DNA of 64,000 bases. Origin: Phoronis australis (taxonomy: Eukaryota > Animalia > Phoronida). The notes under the pieces were generated by a model. The model worked only from the letters and a program-made list of their open reading frames with translations, did no database searches and was not told the origin of the DNA. The translations under genes were made by a program, and so were the position numbers. The stretch is from the NCBI GenBank assembly GCA_002633005.1, contig NMRA01000092.1:547219-611218 (forward strand). The letters run 5' to 3'. Shown here one piece after another: positions 27,856-39,830 of this stretch. Positions within the stretch are counted from its first letter, which is position 1. Each line of letters starts with the position of its first letter.

Positions 27856-29832
27856 GTATGAGAGTGAGTGAGCGTGCGTGTGCGGGTCATCGACGATAGA
27901 CTTTTTTGTTACAAAAGGCGGAGGATTATGCAAGAAAATGGCGTTTACTAGATTGTTTTTCACTTAAACGGCTGTAACGTGCAAGGTGAGTGCGCTCGCA
28001 GAGTCACATCTCGGAAGTTTCCGGTTTGACGGATGACAAAGAACGATCTCAATGAAATTACACAAAGTCGTTTTAGAGCTTGTAATAGCTATACAAAACG
28101 TATTTTGAGTATTAAAATGCATTTTTTCCAAAACCTAAATAACACACGGAGTAGTTCTACATTTATACAATCCTAACTTGGGTCCTATATTTTTGTATTC
28201 GTGCGCGCCGAATGAAAGTAATCGTGAGTGTTTCTGTGTTGCAAAATCTCTTATCCTGGGCCGATTTGGAAAATTCAAAGTTGTATTCGTATTTGTTTTC
28301 GCTCCTCTTTTCAAATATTTCAGTAAAAACTACGTAAAATTCTCTCCATAAAAAGTACAGTTGTTAGGCTAGACTGTAATCAGCTGGTCATATCCGCATG
28401 AGCAAAGTCAATTATCCTCGCTCGTGACTTGATGAATAGAGCTGCTTGGCGGCATCCCTTTGAGCATGAGCCGAGCGCGTCTCAGCCAAGGTGGATAAAT
28501 ACGGTCTAGTTCAATTTTCCATACCCCGCCGTTTACCTTAAACACCGGGGTTAGAACCAATTTTATTTAGTGGGAATGTTCATAGCATGTTAGAGCCAAT
28601 ACAGTATACAGCTTTCCACCAAGGCTAGGTGATGCTACCACATTATTCCTTGTTGCATTAGTAACTTGGTCATTGGCTAATTATCATTTTATGGCCTGGT
28701 CATCCATTCAGCCAAAAGTAGTTCCAGAGGTGGCTTATCAGCCAATTATTCACGCATGCTGACTCACAATAGAAGCCTGATAGGAGTGAAGGTGGATAAA
28801 TGCAGTGATCCTATAGTTTCTTGTGGTAGTGGATGTGTTCACGACATGGCTGAACTGTGTAAGCATTGGTGTGCCAACTTTCTCCTAGCTATCGCTGTCG
28901 AACTGATAACGACACTTCTGTATCCTGACTAGCTTATCAGTGAAATCAAAGATACTCATCCCACAGCGTGGGTGCGTAACGGTCATGACCATCGTCGAGA
29001 ACTTCCTAGTATGAGTTGATAAGCTAATCCGTAATAGTGGTATTTCACTCTTTAGTGCAAGTGTATCACAAATGTTTTTCACAGTAGCATAAAATTTGAG
29101 CCTATTAGTTCCTATTAATGCTCCTCTTGTCAAGTAGACTTACTTTTGGATTAGAGCACATATGTTATAAAACTGGTTTTGAACTCTGAACAGAAGTGAT
29201 TCCCAGGCTTGGGAAGAACTAAGGTGCAGGCCCCAGACCAATTTATAGAGCTTCATGTCTTAGTGCTTTTAAGCACTAAAAAACACCATTTAAGTTTTGA
29301 CATTGACTACATTGTCAGCATCATTAAGCCTTATTCTTTATGGCCCTGCGCTGCGTCAGCATCCCAAAAATAAAAAAATAGGAGAAACACCACTGTAATT
29401 GAAAATTTCTTAAGCTTCACGGAAATGAGTTTAACGTGTGAACACACCCAGTGCCAATGTGTTGTGCCCACCATCATGACCTTGTACCGTATCTGCGCTT
29501 CTCCAATGTCCACGAAAAAGGGAAAAGAGAGTTGTCGCAACCTCGACAAACGCAACGCCTTGCCATTCTTTATTGTACAATAAACCAAGGGGAAAATGAG
29601 CAGCAATATCTGAGGACTTATTACACTTAAAGCAATCATGGAAGATGACTAATGAGATAGGTTGTCCTGTCTTTGTACGTAGTATGTATCGACCTATATA
29701 TGCTCGTAATTCAAGGTCAGCCAATTAACATATTGTCAGGCAGTGTGTGGTGTTCTAATTTGACAGTTGATCGTCTGGTGGGGTTGTTCGTTGGTTTTTT
29801 TGATATGAAATTGATGATTTTAAGCACTTTAA

Positions 29833-30243
29833 GGTTATGCAGGACCTTATGACAAGTCTTGTGTAATTTAGACAAATATTAACTGAACTATAAACTTAAC
29901 TAAGTAAATGCACATATATTCTGAAAGTAGAAAGTCTGTAGAAATTGTTTTTTTTTAACTTAATACCAGTCTCCCATCCATAGGGTTGCATCACCATGTC
30001 AGATAGAACAAAAAAGCCAGATATATTCATAGCAAAACAACAGCAACTATAAGATGCCCCATTTTCCTTTTTAACGCCGCATGCAAAAGTGGAACATTTT
30101 ATAAACAATTAGATCAGTTTTGGAGAATAATGCAGCAAAGCATAGTATCTGAAAAGTTCACATAAATCCGATCAGCCTTTTCTGAAAGTTGATGTTCCAA
30201 GGTGAGTCCAAATTTGGACACTTTTCTACGGTCTTGCGTCATC
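29833..30243 (-). mobile_element. Kolobok-like MITE family K1
   Basis: ttaa|ggttatgcaggacc start (matches the 7244 TIR); ends aaatttggacacttttctacggtcttgcgtcatc (degenerate TIR). Confidence 0.7.
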
Positions 30244-31639
30244 TTCGAAATAATGAATTGTCAGTTCTCTTCCATGGTCCAGTAATCACGTACACTTGAA
30301 GCCAACTTTTAACACTAAGCCACCTGAATCAAAGTTGGTGTTCTTACACTGAAGGCAAGTTCACTGAACACCTTTAAATGTTCTTACACCACAGGCACAA
30401 AGTTATGAAAAGGTGTTCATAAATCTGCAAATCATTAACATTGGCTATTACACTTCATTTTACCTTGTTTAACAAGGGGGTAACATGGTATTATTACCCA
30501 GGAAGAATGTTGCCAGCATCTTACCACATAAAATTACATCTCAATTTGCCTTTGCTCTTGAGTAGCCTTCCTAACTGGCTTCGTTGGTTGTCTGTTATAG
30601 ACTAGGTTGTGGTAAAGAGGGTACTGAACCTTAATGAAGAAAACCCACTTCACTTATGGCATGACATAACATCAGCCTTCCACTTCTCAACTCTGTCTAG
30701 GATTCCTTCCTCTGGTCAGAGTATCTTCATTTTTTTTGATTAGTTTGTGGCACTTGACATCTAGTTAAGCCCATAATTTGTGAAACCAGAAATTGATTCA
30801 GTGAGATGGCAGCTCCTTAACTTCTCATCAAGACAAGGTCGCAAGCATCAAACTCCTGGCTAAATCAAGTTGGCATGGGTGAATGTTGATCTTCAGCTGT
30901 TAGTGAACTCCAATCCCTCCAGTGCCTGTTATTATGTGTAAATTAGAAATACTAACTCACAGTATTAAAGAATGACAAGGAAGGGTTCCACTAAAAACAT
31001 GCACCAAACCAATCGGGTTATCAACGATGATGCTGAATGGAAATGGAACTAAAGCATTGGATTCAACAGTTGCTTTGAGTGTGGTACAGTAAAATCTCCT
31101 CAATTTCGGACAAAAACATTTGCCATGGAAATTGGATTTTTTCATTTTTCAAAGGCATTTCTTCTATTAGGTATTGTACATTAAAGATGCTCTGTCTCAT
31201 TAAAACCGTGAATATTTAAATTTGTAGCAAGTGCCACCTTGTAACTTTCTGGAGAACTGTGAGTACAAGTATAATCAGGAAACAAAACAACTTGTAAGTA
31301 AAATGCGGTTTTAAAGAAAACATCACAACTGAAACACTTAAAAACAATTGTGAACATATAGAAAACCTTAGTAATTTCAAATATTACACAATCGTTATTT
31401 GATAGTGTCATGAACAAATAATAAAAACTGTACCTTGTTTTATTAGGGAAACGACATATTGTCATACTCATTTACATAAAAATAGTCTCGCAAAACAAGA
31501 TTTTCGCAAGATTGTAATGGTATCTGGTTCTCGGATGGCAAAATTGGGGCACACCGGAAGACCCAAGGTTGTTTGTAAACTAGTATTTCATTTGCATATT
31601 CACAATTTAATGAAACAGCATCTTTAAAACTGTATGTTC

Positions 31640-32062
31640 GGAAAATCCTTGGTGGTCACAGAATCTCATTATGCCCGGTCACAAAAATATTACCTAGATC
31701 TTTGTAATCAGTGACATGTAACTACATTTTGCATCATGTTTGTCAGGGATTTCATGTAAGGCATTTTAGCCAAAAAATGGAGATGTACTCAACTTTCCTT
31801 GAAAAAAATGAAAGTCATTATTTTTGATAGTCAAGCTCTTCGGCTAAATGGCCTTAAAAGAAAATACCACACATGCTGTTGTAGCTAATAAAGTAAAGAA
31901 ACCAAATTTGCAAGTTTCAGGCAAGAAATCACGTTTTTTGGAAATACCATGACCTAGTAAAAAAATTATTATTCTTTTAGAAATAATGTAATCCTGTCAT
32001 TACGGATATACAGACATTGCTTTCAGACAGAATAATATTCTGTGACCATCATGTATTTTTCA
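31640..32062. mobile_element. Old foldback element with long degenerate arms
   Basis: ggtggtcacagaat pairs with attctgtgaccatc; weaker complementary blocks continue inward. Confidence 0.45.
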
Positions 32063-34933
32063 AAATGTGTAATTTTATGGGTCTACTTAGGCTTAAAAAG
32101 TCAATTTTGATTCTTGGCAAAGACAATTAGGACAATTACCCTAAGTTTTCCCAATGGTTAGAGGTGTTCTTGCTATTTAAAAAATAGATAAGCATGACAC
32201 TAAAATGGAAGTTTCGTTTTCAAGTTTTAAGATTGTTAACAGCCAGTTTTACAATAAATTTTGTGCATTCACAGTATCGGTTTATTGAATTACTAAACAC
32301 TAAACTACACTGAAGAAAAATTGTTTTGTGAGAGAGGTATTAAGTTTGGTGTCAAAATTCTTGAAGTAGTTTGGATTAAATGTGTGTAGTTTTGAAGTCA
32401 CGATCACTTTTCACATGCCATTTTATTACGCAATAGCAAAATAACAGAATGTCAAAACAACACTTTGTTTATAGCAAGTTAGTAATAAAAGGCAATTACC
32501 CCTTAGATTCCAGGTCTTAAACAGCGAAAAACTGTGATTTATCACTTGGATAACCTCAGTCTCATAAATACGTAGCCAATTCTATCATGCCTCAGTTCGC
32601 TGACCACACAGGCACTTGAATTGGAGTAAGTTGAGTGAGTGCAAATTGTATTATCTCTAAGAATTGGGGTAAGTTTTCATACTAGTTTAACTTTTGTCCA
32701 CACAACACAAATAACTTATATACTGATCACTTATATACTAGCCCAAGTTCCATCTGTCACAAAGGGCACTAGTGGAGTCTGGACACATTTCAATTTTTGT
32801 TTGTCAGTAGGTGCAATATGAGGAAACAATGTTTGACTTATAGTGCCAATGCAATAATATTTGACACATCGCAAATGCAATTTATAACAGGTCCGATTGT
32901 CATTAACTAATTGCTATTTGAACATCTTGGAGTAAATGAAATCAGTAATTATGCAGCAAATATTGACCTGTGCCAATTATTGACTTTGGAGGGCCATTTC
33001 TCTACACGTGATGACTGAGTATTGAGCTGTAATATGAAGTGACTCAGTATTTCATCACATTCAACTCACACTTGGCTATTCCCAGCTTTTGCATTAGAGT
33101 TAGGTCATATTTTTGTTAGCAAGATAACTAACTTGTAAACTGCTACCTTTGCCACTGGAAAGTATTAATTCTGAAACTAAAAATGGAAGGCATATTTTTC
33201 CCTTGTCGTAGTTAGTATGCTTGTTCAATTTATTTTTTAGAAATGATTTTGAATGAAACAGTCTTACCGGACCATTACGTTTGTCACAAAGGCTCAATTT
33301 GTCCTATGACATGTCATGATCCTGTTGGTGAAAACAGAAGCCACTCATAAAAGTCCACATGCTGTGACCTGCAGACAGCGATTACTATACCTTTTGTGTT
33401 TCCAAAGCAATAAACCTAATCTGCTGTAAATAATTTCAGGTGTGCACTAACAAAGATTTACACACTCAATCATGCTGCTTGGCTGGGGTATACCTAATGT
33501 TGTCACCAAAATTCCTGTGACGTCATGAGAGACCACGCTGGATGAAGCACCTCAGCTAGCCTAGTCTTGGTATAGCAAGGCCTGTAAACACTATTCCCTA
33601 GTCATGTGGGACATGCCACTCAGAAAGGTGACTTTTTCGCGTTCCGTGTGCCTTTTTGTATAAATTCCCAACAACAGGGTTCACTTTACAGGGTTTGAAA
33701 CTACAGTAACTTTTTCTTCCGCTTGCCCTATGGGCAAGTCCACTCAGAGTTTACTTACCTAAACAGAAAATTCATGTTGGCTAGAATATGAAACTTTTTT
33801 GGTGCTGAATTAAACAATTTGAAGCTGTTGCAGGAAGATTAAAAATTTCAATCACTTTCAAAGAATTTTTAATTAATGAAAACCTGAATGAAATTCAGTA
33901 ACAAATAATCAATAGACCTATATGTTCCAGGTCAAGAATGAAATGCATACAGGTCATAAATCAGCTTTTTGCCAAAAATGTGACCTCCAGACAGTGTTTG
34001 TAAACATTAGGAACCCCTCCTTTTCACCTGCCCATAGATAGTGTGATTCGCATTGCGTTATAAATAGGCCTTGTCTTGATTTCATACTGACTATTTCAGC
34101 AGTATGGATGAAGAGTTCATCGATCTTATGTAGATGCTTTCTACAAATAAGTCCTTTTTGGTGCACAACTCTCTAAATATAAATAAATGGACATCTTATT
34201 CACTCCCGTAAAAATATACCAAAGGTAACCCCACCCCTGGTATGAGAATAACTGATTTTCAGTGTTTTATGGCCCTTTTCCCTGGCCTTGCTTGATAGTT
34301 CAGGGTCTGCAGTCAGCGTCACTGCCTTGGAGTGCTTAAATCTCCTCTAAGACCAAAGTTGAAATGTAGTAAACTGGATTTAATGCTGTAAACTGCTGGA
34401 TTAAACCACAGAGTGATGACAGGGAATGGCTTGACTTGGGTGTCATCAAACTTGTCAGCTAGTGTCACTGTCAACAACGGCACCACATTATGTTATTTTT
34501 TGTAAATATTTTGATCAACCAATCACCATTCTACAATTGTATGCATTTCATTACAGTTATTATCCAAGTATGGGCTCGACTCTTCATATTTAAGAACACT
34601 TAAAACTTCCAAGTTTGAAATTGCTCTGTACTTACCTGATGATTAAACTTGATTAATCTTGATTTGACTCAATGGGATATGGCATTTAGTTAATATGACT
34701 CAATGTGATTATTCATTCTCAACATTTCAGTTGGGAGTGGGTGGCCTACTTGATCATTAACTAATTGCCATTCATTTCACTAAATGGAAATAAATGATTA
34801 AAATATTACGCAACACATATTTACACATGGTCGATTGGACCCTCTGTAGCATTCAAGGTGATTGGAGTGATTGGGCAGCAAATTCTCTTTTAGACATTGT
34901 GTTGACACTTAAGCAGCGTTTATAGGTTTATAG

Positions 34934-35012
34934 TCTCTCTCCCTCCCTCTCTCTTCCTCTCCCTCCCTCTCTCTCTCCCTCTCCCTCCCTCTCTATCCCT
35001 CTCTCTCCCTCT
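34934..35012. repeat. CT/CCCT polypyrimidine microsatellite
   Basis: tctctctccctccctctct... tract. Confidence 0.9.
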
Positions 35013-35334
35013 AGGCCACCCACAGCTCTTTATGTGGAGTGCTGACCCGTTGATTACAACAACACGATCTTTCCCGTACTCGATAAGGAAGCGCTGCTAT
35101 TGAGAGCTTGTTACTAGCTGTAAAAAACCATGGGCGCTAATTACCTTAATAGTTAGCTATTCATGTACGATTTATTTTTACTGACGCAGATGAGTGTACG
35201 TCCCTCGCACCTGCTGTACAAACGGTCTGTCTCTGGACACCTAGTATTATAGTGTACGAACTGTTTGAGAAATCCTAGTACAACCCTAAAGGGATGTAGT
35301 GTTTTCAGTCAGGATGTGTTCATCTTAATGTATA

Positions 35335-35748
35335 GTCCCATCCACACACAGCCTACCTTAGAACAACTTGCACCAGTACAACTTAACCCACTTAGTGGAG
35401 TGTCCACACACACGTCAGATGACTAGGGTGAGGCGGAAGATGTCGTTCTGTGCATGACAGTGAACACCTAATGTGAATATGATGCGCTAAAGAAAACCTG
35501 TCTGTATGTAACCGCAGCTGATAATTACATCTACCTCAGCCCAAGTTTGCGGCCACACAGGAATAGAAGTGGCGCAAGTTACCCTACAACAAGTTTCCCT
35601 ACCTCGATAAGGTGGAGTAAGTTGTCACAAGTGGGATAAGTTGCACTAATTTAAGTAGCATCCACACATCCCTCAAACCTAACCACAACTCGTTCCTGGA
35701 GTAACTTGTTCTCGGGGGGGGGGGGAGAAAGCCTGTGTGTGGACACGC
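35335..35748 (+). mobile_element. PIF/Harbinger-like MITE family H2
   Basis: tccacacacag ... ctgtgtgtggacacgc|tta inverted ends; nearly collinear with 43517-43916. Confidence 0.65.
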
Positions 35749-36519
35749 TTAATTGGCATCCCTACTCATTTCCACTGGTTATATGCGGAACAAAAGATTG
35801 CAGGAATGTTCATAAATGGAGTAGATTAATGTCTGGATTTGGAATGTGTTGTCCTTTGAAGATGACACTAAAATTGAGCTATAAGGTGAAAATCTTGGTA
35901 ATCCATCCTGTTTGTGGTGTAGATGTTGATTTGTCTGAACCTTTGACCCAGAATGCACCAGTCGTTGTCTGACAGGTGAGTTAATCATTACTGATGAGGT
36001 TTTTTATTTAATTCACCGACACTGTAGAAAGAAAAATGAGTGCCTCCCGACACGTTTATGGCCCTACGGTTCTTAATTGTTTCCTGCATTATGCAAAATA
36101 TAGTTCCGAACAGTTGTTATTGCGAGGTTCGGGTTTCCTTAATTATTCACATTACGGCAATACAGTACACGTTTCACATCCTCACAAGGCAGTAAGGCAA
36201 TTAGTTGATGCTCTTAGGTGTGAAAAATATTACATGTAGTTTACGTAATATATAAGATCATATTACATAAAGTCTACATATCTCCAAACCTAAAAGTTAC
36301 TGGATGAATGAACGTCTATTACCTGAGCAATAACTTTGATTTCTGCTTGGAATTTGCATTGACAAAATCTTAATGACTGTAGCCTGTTTGATTGTATTTG
36401 ATGATTTTTCTAACTTTCTGTCTGATTTTCTAGTTGAGGACTTAGCAGGAGACATGTAGCACAAGCAGTTGCAATCATGGATTCATCCCCTGAATAATGT
36501 TTTGTGCGTAAATGCTGCC

Positions 36520-36972
36520 TTGATGTTATGAAGGTGTTTTGAAGAATGTCCAAAACTTGGGAAGATTACATCTCGGATTCATATTCAAACTTTCACATAT
36601 TATGCTTTATACCATGTTCAACAAAACATTATTATGAATTGTTTGTGAAATATTCCACTTTTGCACAAGGGTGAATACAGGACTTTTATAATTTTGATGA
36701 AAAACTGAAAAGTTCTATGAAACAAAAACAAAATTATATTTAGAAGACTGTAACAACTGTGTTTTAGAGGTTTCATCATGAAATTTACCTCATGAAATAT
36801 GGCCATGTCGTTAATACCGTTGTTTTGTTATGGATGTACCTTTCGTGTTTTGCTAAATTTTACTGAAAGACCTGCTTCCATGAGCCAATTAATGTCAGAT
36901 TGGTAATAAAAAAATCAAAACTCTACAGGCTTTGTAGTTTAAGAAATGTATAATTTTACTGTGTTAAAATCT
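36520..36972 (+). mobile_element. Kolobok-like MITE family K1, diverged copy
   Basis: aatgtccaaaac, ttcaaactttca, ttatgcttta, cagattggtaa and gtgttaaaatcta blocks collinear with 7244-7710. Confidence 0.55.
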
Positions 36973-37254
36973 ACGTCAGTAAGAGAACAGAAGGCCAGTA
37001 ATGTGTAAGCATATATATTTGTGCCTGAAGCAGGCGATACAGTAAGGCCGATAGAGGAAGAGAGACCCCTTACGGCAATGACATAAACTAACGGAGGGAG
37101 GAACTCGGTGGCTGGCGCTGGCGCTATAGTTTTGTAAATATTTGGCTAAATACGCCAACTGGTCAATAAATTCCTACATGACCTAAACTGTTAAGGAAAC
37201 TTCTGGGGAACCATGTGACATTAGTTATCAACACATTCTAGAGAGACCGACTTC

Positions 37255-37545
37255 CCCAGTGACCAATGCTTGGCATGGTCACTTAGTTACCTGTGACTTT
37301 GCCAGTGACCGCGATGGTCACACATCTGTCTTGCCTATGGTTATTTATTTACCACTTCTCCAATGACCAGCATGGTCACACAGGTATTGGCCTCTTTGCC
37401 AGTGACCAACACTTGGCCAAGTCAAACATCTGTAGTGTATATGGTCACTTATTTGCCACTTCGCCAGTGGCCTGCATGGTAACACATCTGTCATGTCTGG
37501 TCAGTTATTGGTGACTTTGCCAGTGACCAAGCTTGGCAAGGTCAT
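37255..37545. repeat. Degenerate tandem array of short hairpins
   Basis: About six units of ccagtgacc-N-atggtcac with variable spacers. Confidence 0.7.
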
Positions 37546-37880
37546 TCTCAATCAAACATGTCTAGCCGTTTCTTAGTACCAAAGTCTTATTACTTCACTA
37601 AAGAAGAACACTTAGCACAGTCAATTGAAGTGGCTCTTATTATAAGTAACCAATACCAAGCAGCAGTTGACATAGCACCCCACATGGCACTGCATGGTGG
37701 TACATAGACCAATAACTGACATATCTTCTGATGTTTAGTAAATGAGGCAGAAACAACAGGTGAACCTTCTGGAATGTTTCACTTTGAAATCGGATCAGAT
37801 TTAATTGGCTCTGTAAGATCATGAAAGGCTTATGATGTTCCTTACAGGTGGTTTATTTGAAAAGTTAAAACATTAGAAAA

Positions 37881-37972
37881 CATGGGTGGCGCAGCACTGA
37901 AAAAAGTGGGGCTATACCCCCCCCCCCCCCCCCCCNCCCCCCCCCCCAGCCCCCTATGGTGCGCCACCCATG
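37881..37972. mobile_element. 92-bp mini-MITE with poly-C core
   Basis: Perfect 13-bp TIR catgggtggcgca / tgcgccacccatg; gaaaa on both flanks; core is ~31 C with one N. Confidence 0.7.
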
Positions 37973-38081
37973 GAAAAGGGCATTTTCCATGGCACCTTGA
38001 ACTTTGCCTATAGAAGTGTTCAAGAACTCCCAGTGTCATAACCCATGGCATTATCATGAATGCTGATCTAAGTTCCTTTGA

Positions 38082-38605
38082 GGCCCTTTCATTCTAACGT
38101 GGACGCGTCGATGTTTTGGGGAGTTGCAGTCAATGTGAACAATTAACTTCGGTCGTGGATCCGAAGTTGACAGCTCCAGTTGTCTTCACACTAAGCGGGT
38201 GGATTTAAATTTAAGTGTGGGGTGTCAATGCTGCAGTGTAGTATGAACAGTCAACTTCAGTCCCATCAAAGTTATCACCAGGGGCCACTGTTGTCGTCAG
38301 CAATTAAGGGCAGTGTCGTCGCTAATAGTTGTTATGTTTTGCTCAAATAATCACCAATCATATTCGAAATAGGTTTTATATTAATTACCATGTGTAAATT
38401 TTCCATGTTGTTGTATTAAAAAACTCTTAGCGTGCACGTGATGCATAAGGGCTGCCTTGTGATTAATTTGATGACAACAGCGTCACCTACTGTTTACTTC
38501 GATGTTCGTTAACTTAATCGAAGCCAGTATGAATAGTTCAGTTAACTTCGCAGTTTACATTGACACTCCGCTCTGACACTAGAGTTAAGTCGGTATGAAA
38601 GGGCC
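38082..38605 (+). mobile_element. PIF/Harbinger-like MITE family H1, full copy
   Basis: 11-bp TIR ggccctttcat ... atgaaagggcc; interior aligns with 8883-9339. TSD unclear, so the superfamily is tentative. Confidence 0.65.
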
Positions 38606-38805
38606 CTCAGTGTCAAGCAGAGCAATCATCACAGCATCTTCAACAATGACTTCTTGACAGTGGGTAATGCTTGAAAATGGTCCAGATTGATACCTGCATT
38701 TTAAACCTGGGATTGAAACAGAAATATCTATGTGTTTACCTACCCATATCAGTATTGGTTTAGATGCAAAAATTGATAGTGTCTGTGCTTTAAAAATCCC
38801 GTTAA

Positions 38806-39376
38806 GGTTATCTCAAACCCTATTTAATGGCCTCCATTCTAACTCCTTTTTCAGAAAAACCAGGCTTTGTTAAATAGTAAAAGCATATACTTTCTGAAAG
38901 AAAAAAGATTATAAATATATGTTTTATTTATGTGTCATTACGTTAACACCTTTTTTGAGTCAAAATTTCATTTATAAGAAAGGTACATTCATACTAAAAT
39001 AAACTCATGGCCAATGTTAATGAAACTTTTTTCAAATGAAAACATCACCCGTTACCTCAAAAATGGTGTTAGGAATTTTCAGCTAGTCGTTTAGCTTGGT
39101 TTCTACGAAACGTAAGGTATTTTTGTAAAAAAAAGCAGTGACGTATTTCTTTTTGTTACATTACACAAAAACTACACCTTTATATTGAAAATTCTAACAG
39201 CGTTTTTGAGATTTGATGAATAAATATTAAGTTTGGAAAGTTTCAGTGAAAACTCATGTTCCTTAAAAGTTCAAATTAAGTCGATTTGCTGAAACCAATT
39301 AAGCTGTGAGACGTGAAAATCTCAAGGTCTTCAGTTAGTTTATTTCACTAAAAACTTGTTTTTGGTCAATATAACC
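38806..39376. mobile_element. TTAA-flanked Kolobok-like MITE (K1-related)
   Basis: ttaa|ggttat ... ataacc|ttaa with an internal inverted pair (ctcaaaaatggtgttagga / tctaacagcgtttttgag). Confidence 0.6.
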
Positions 39377-39387
39377 TTAACGTGCCT

Positions 39388-39830
39388 TAACCATGTTTGC
39401 TATTTCAACATTCATTCGCAGTGTCAACTGAATTTGCGGTGCGTAATTAACTTAATTATCACTAAACCGTTTTCTTTTGTACAAGGGCTTTCTTGTTCCT
39501 TGTGTTACCTAGGTCTGAAGGTAGAGTCAATTGTAAGTAGGGCAACAGTTCATTGCACTTGCCACACCTCGTGCCGGAGAAAATATATCAAGAATCCAAG
39601 AACAAAATAAACAATAGCAATCGGGTCCATGGTTAAACCGCACCATGAGCACGAGGTCGAAACAGCGAAATGTTAAATTACCGATCAGATTAATGAATTT
39701 TTGACATCTTGATATGTTAGTGAAGAATAAGTCACAGAGACGGTTCAGTGTGTCGGACTCTGTGCATTCGTTCTCAACCGTGATATGCATGCAGATGCAC
39801 AAGTAACATTCGTTTCATCTTCGTTTTCTG
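39388..39830 (+). repeat. Dispersed repeat R1, copy 1
   Basis: gctatttcaacattca...gtgcgtaattaacttaa and gtcgaaacagcgaaat match the reverse complement of ~62480-62840. Confidence 0.65.

Larger units (their letters stand above)
25663..28848. repeat. Interlocked inverted duplication A-B / C' / B'-A' / C
   Basis: 25663-27096 is the reverse complement of 27365-28590 (mirrored ORFs 26543+ and 27688- both read MKNNLVNAIFLHNPPPF); spacer 27099-27365 is the reverse complement of ~28588-28848. Confidence 0.92.

Noticed and set aside
26543-27963. Duplicated ORF pair MKNNLVNAIFLHNPPPF as a gene family or toxin-antitoxin pair
   Set aside because: They are simply mirror images within the inverted duplication and overlap MITE sequence; both start at GTG.
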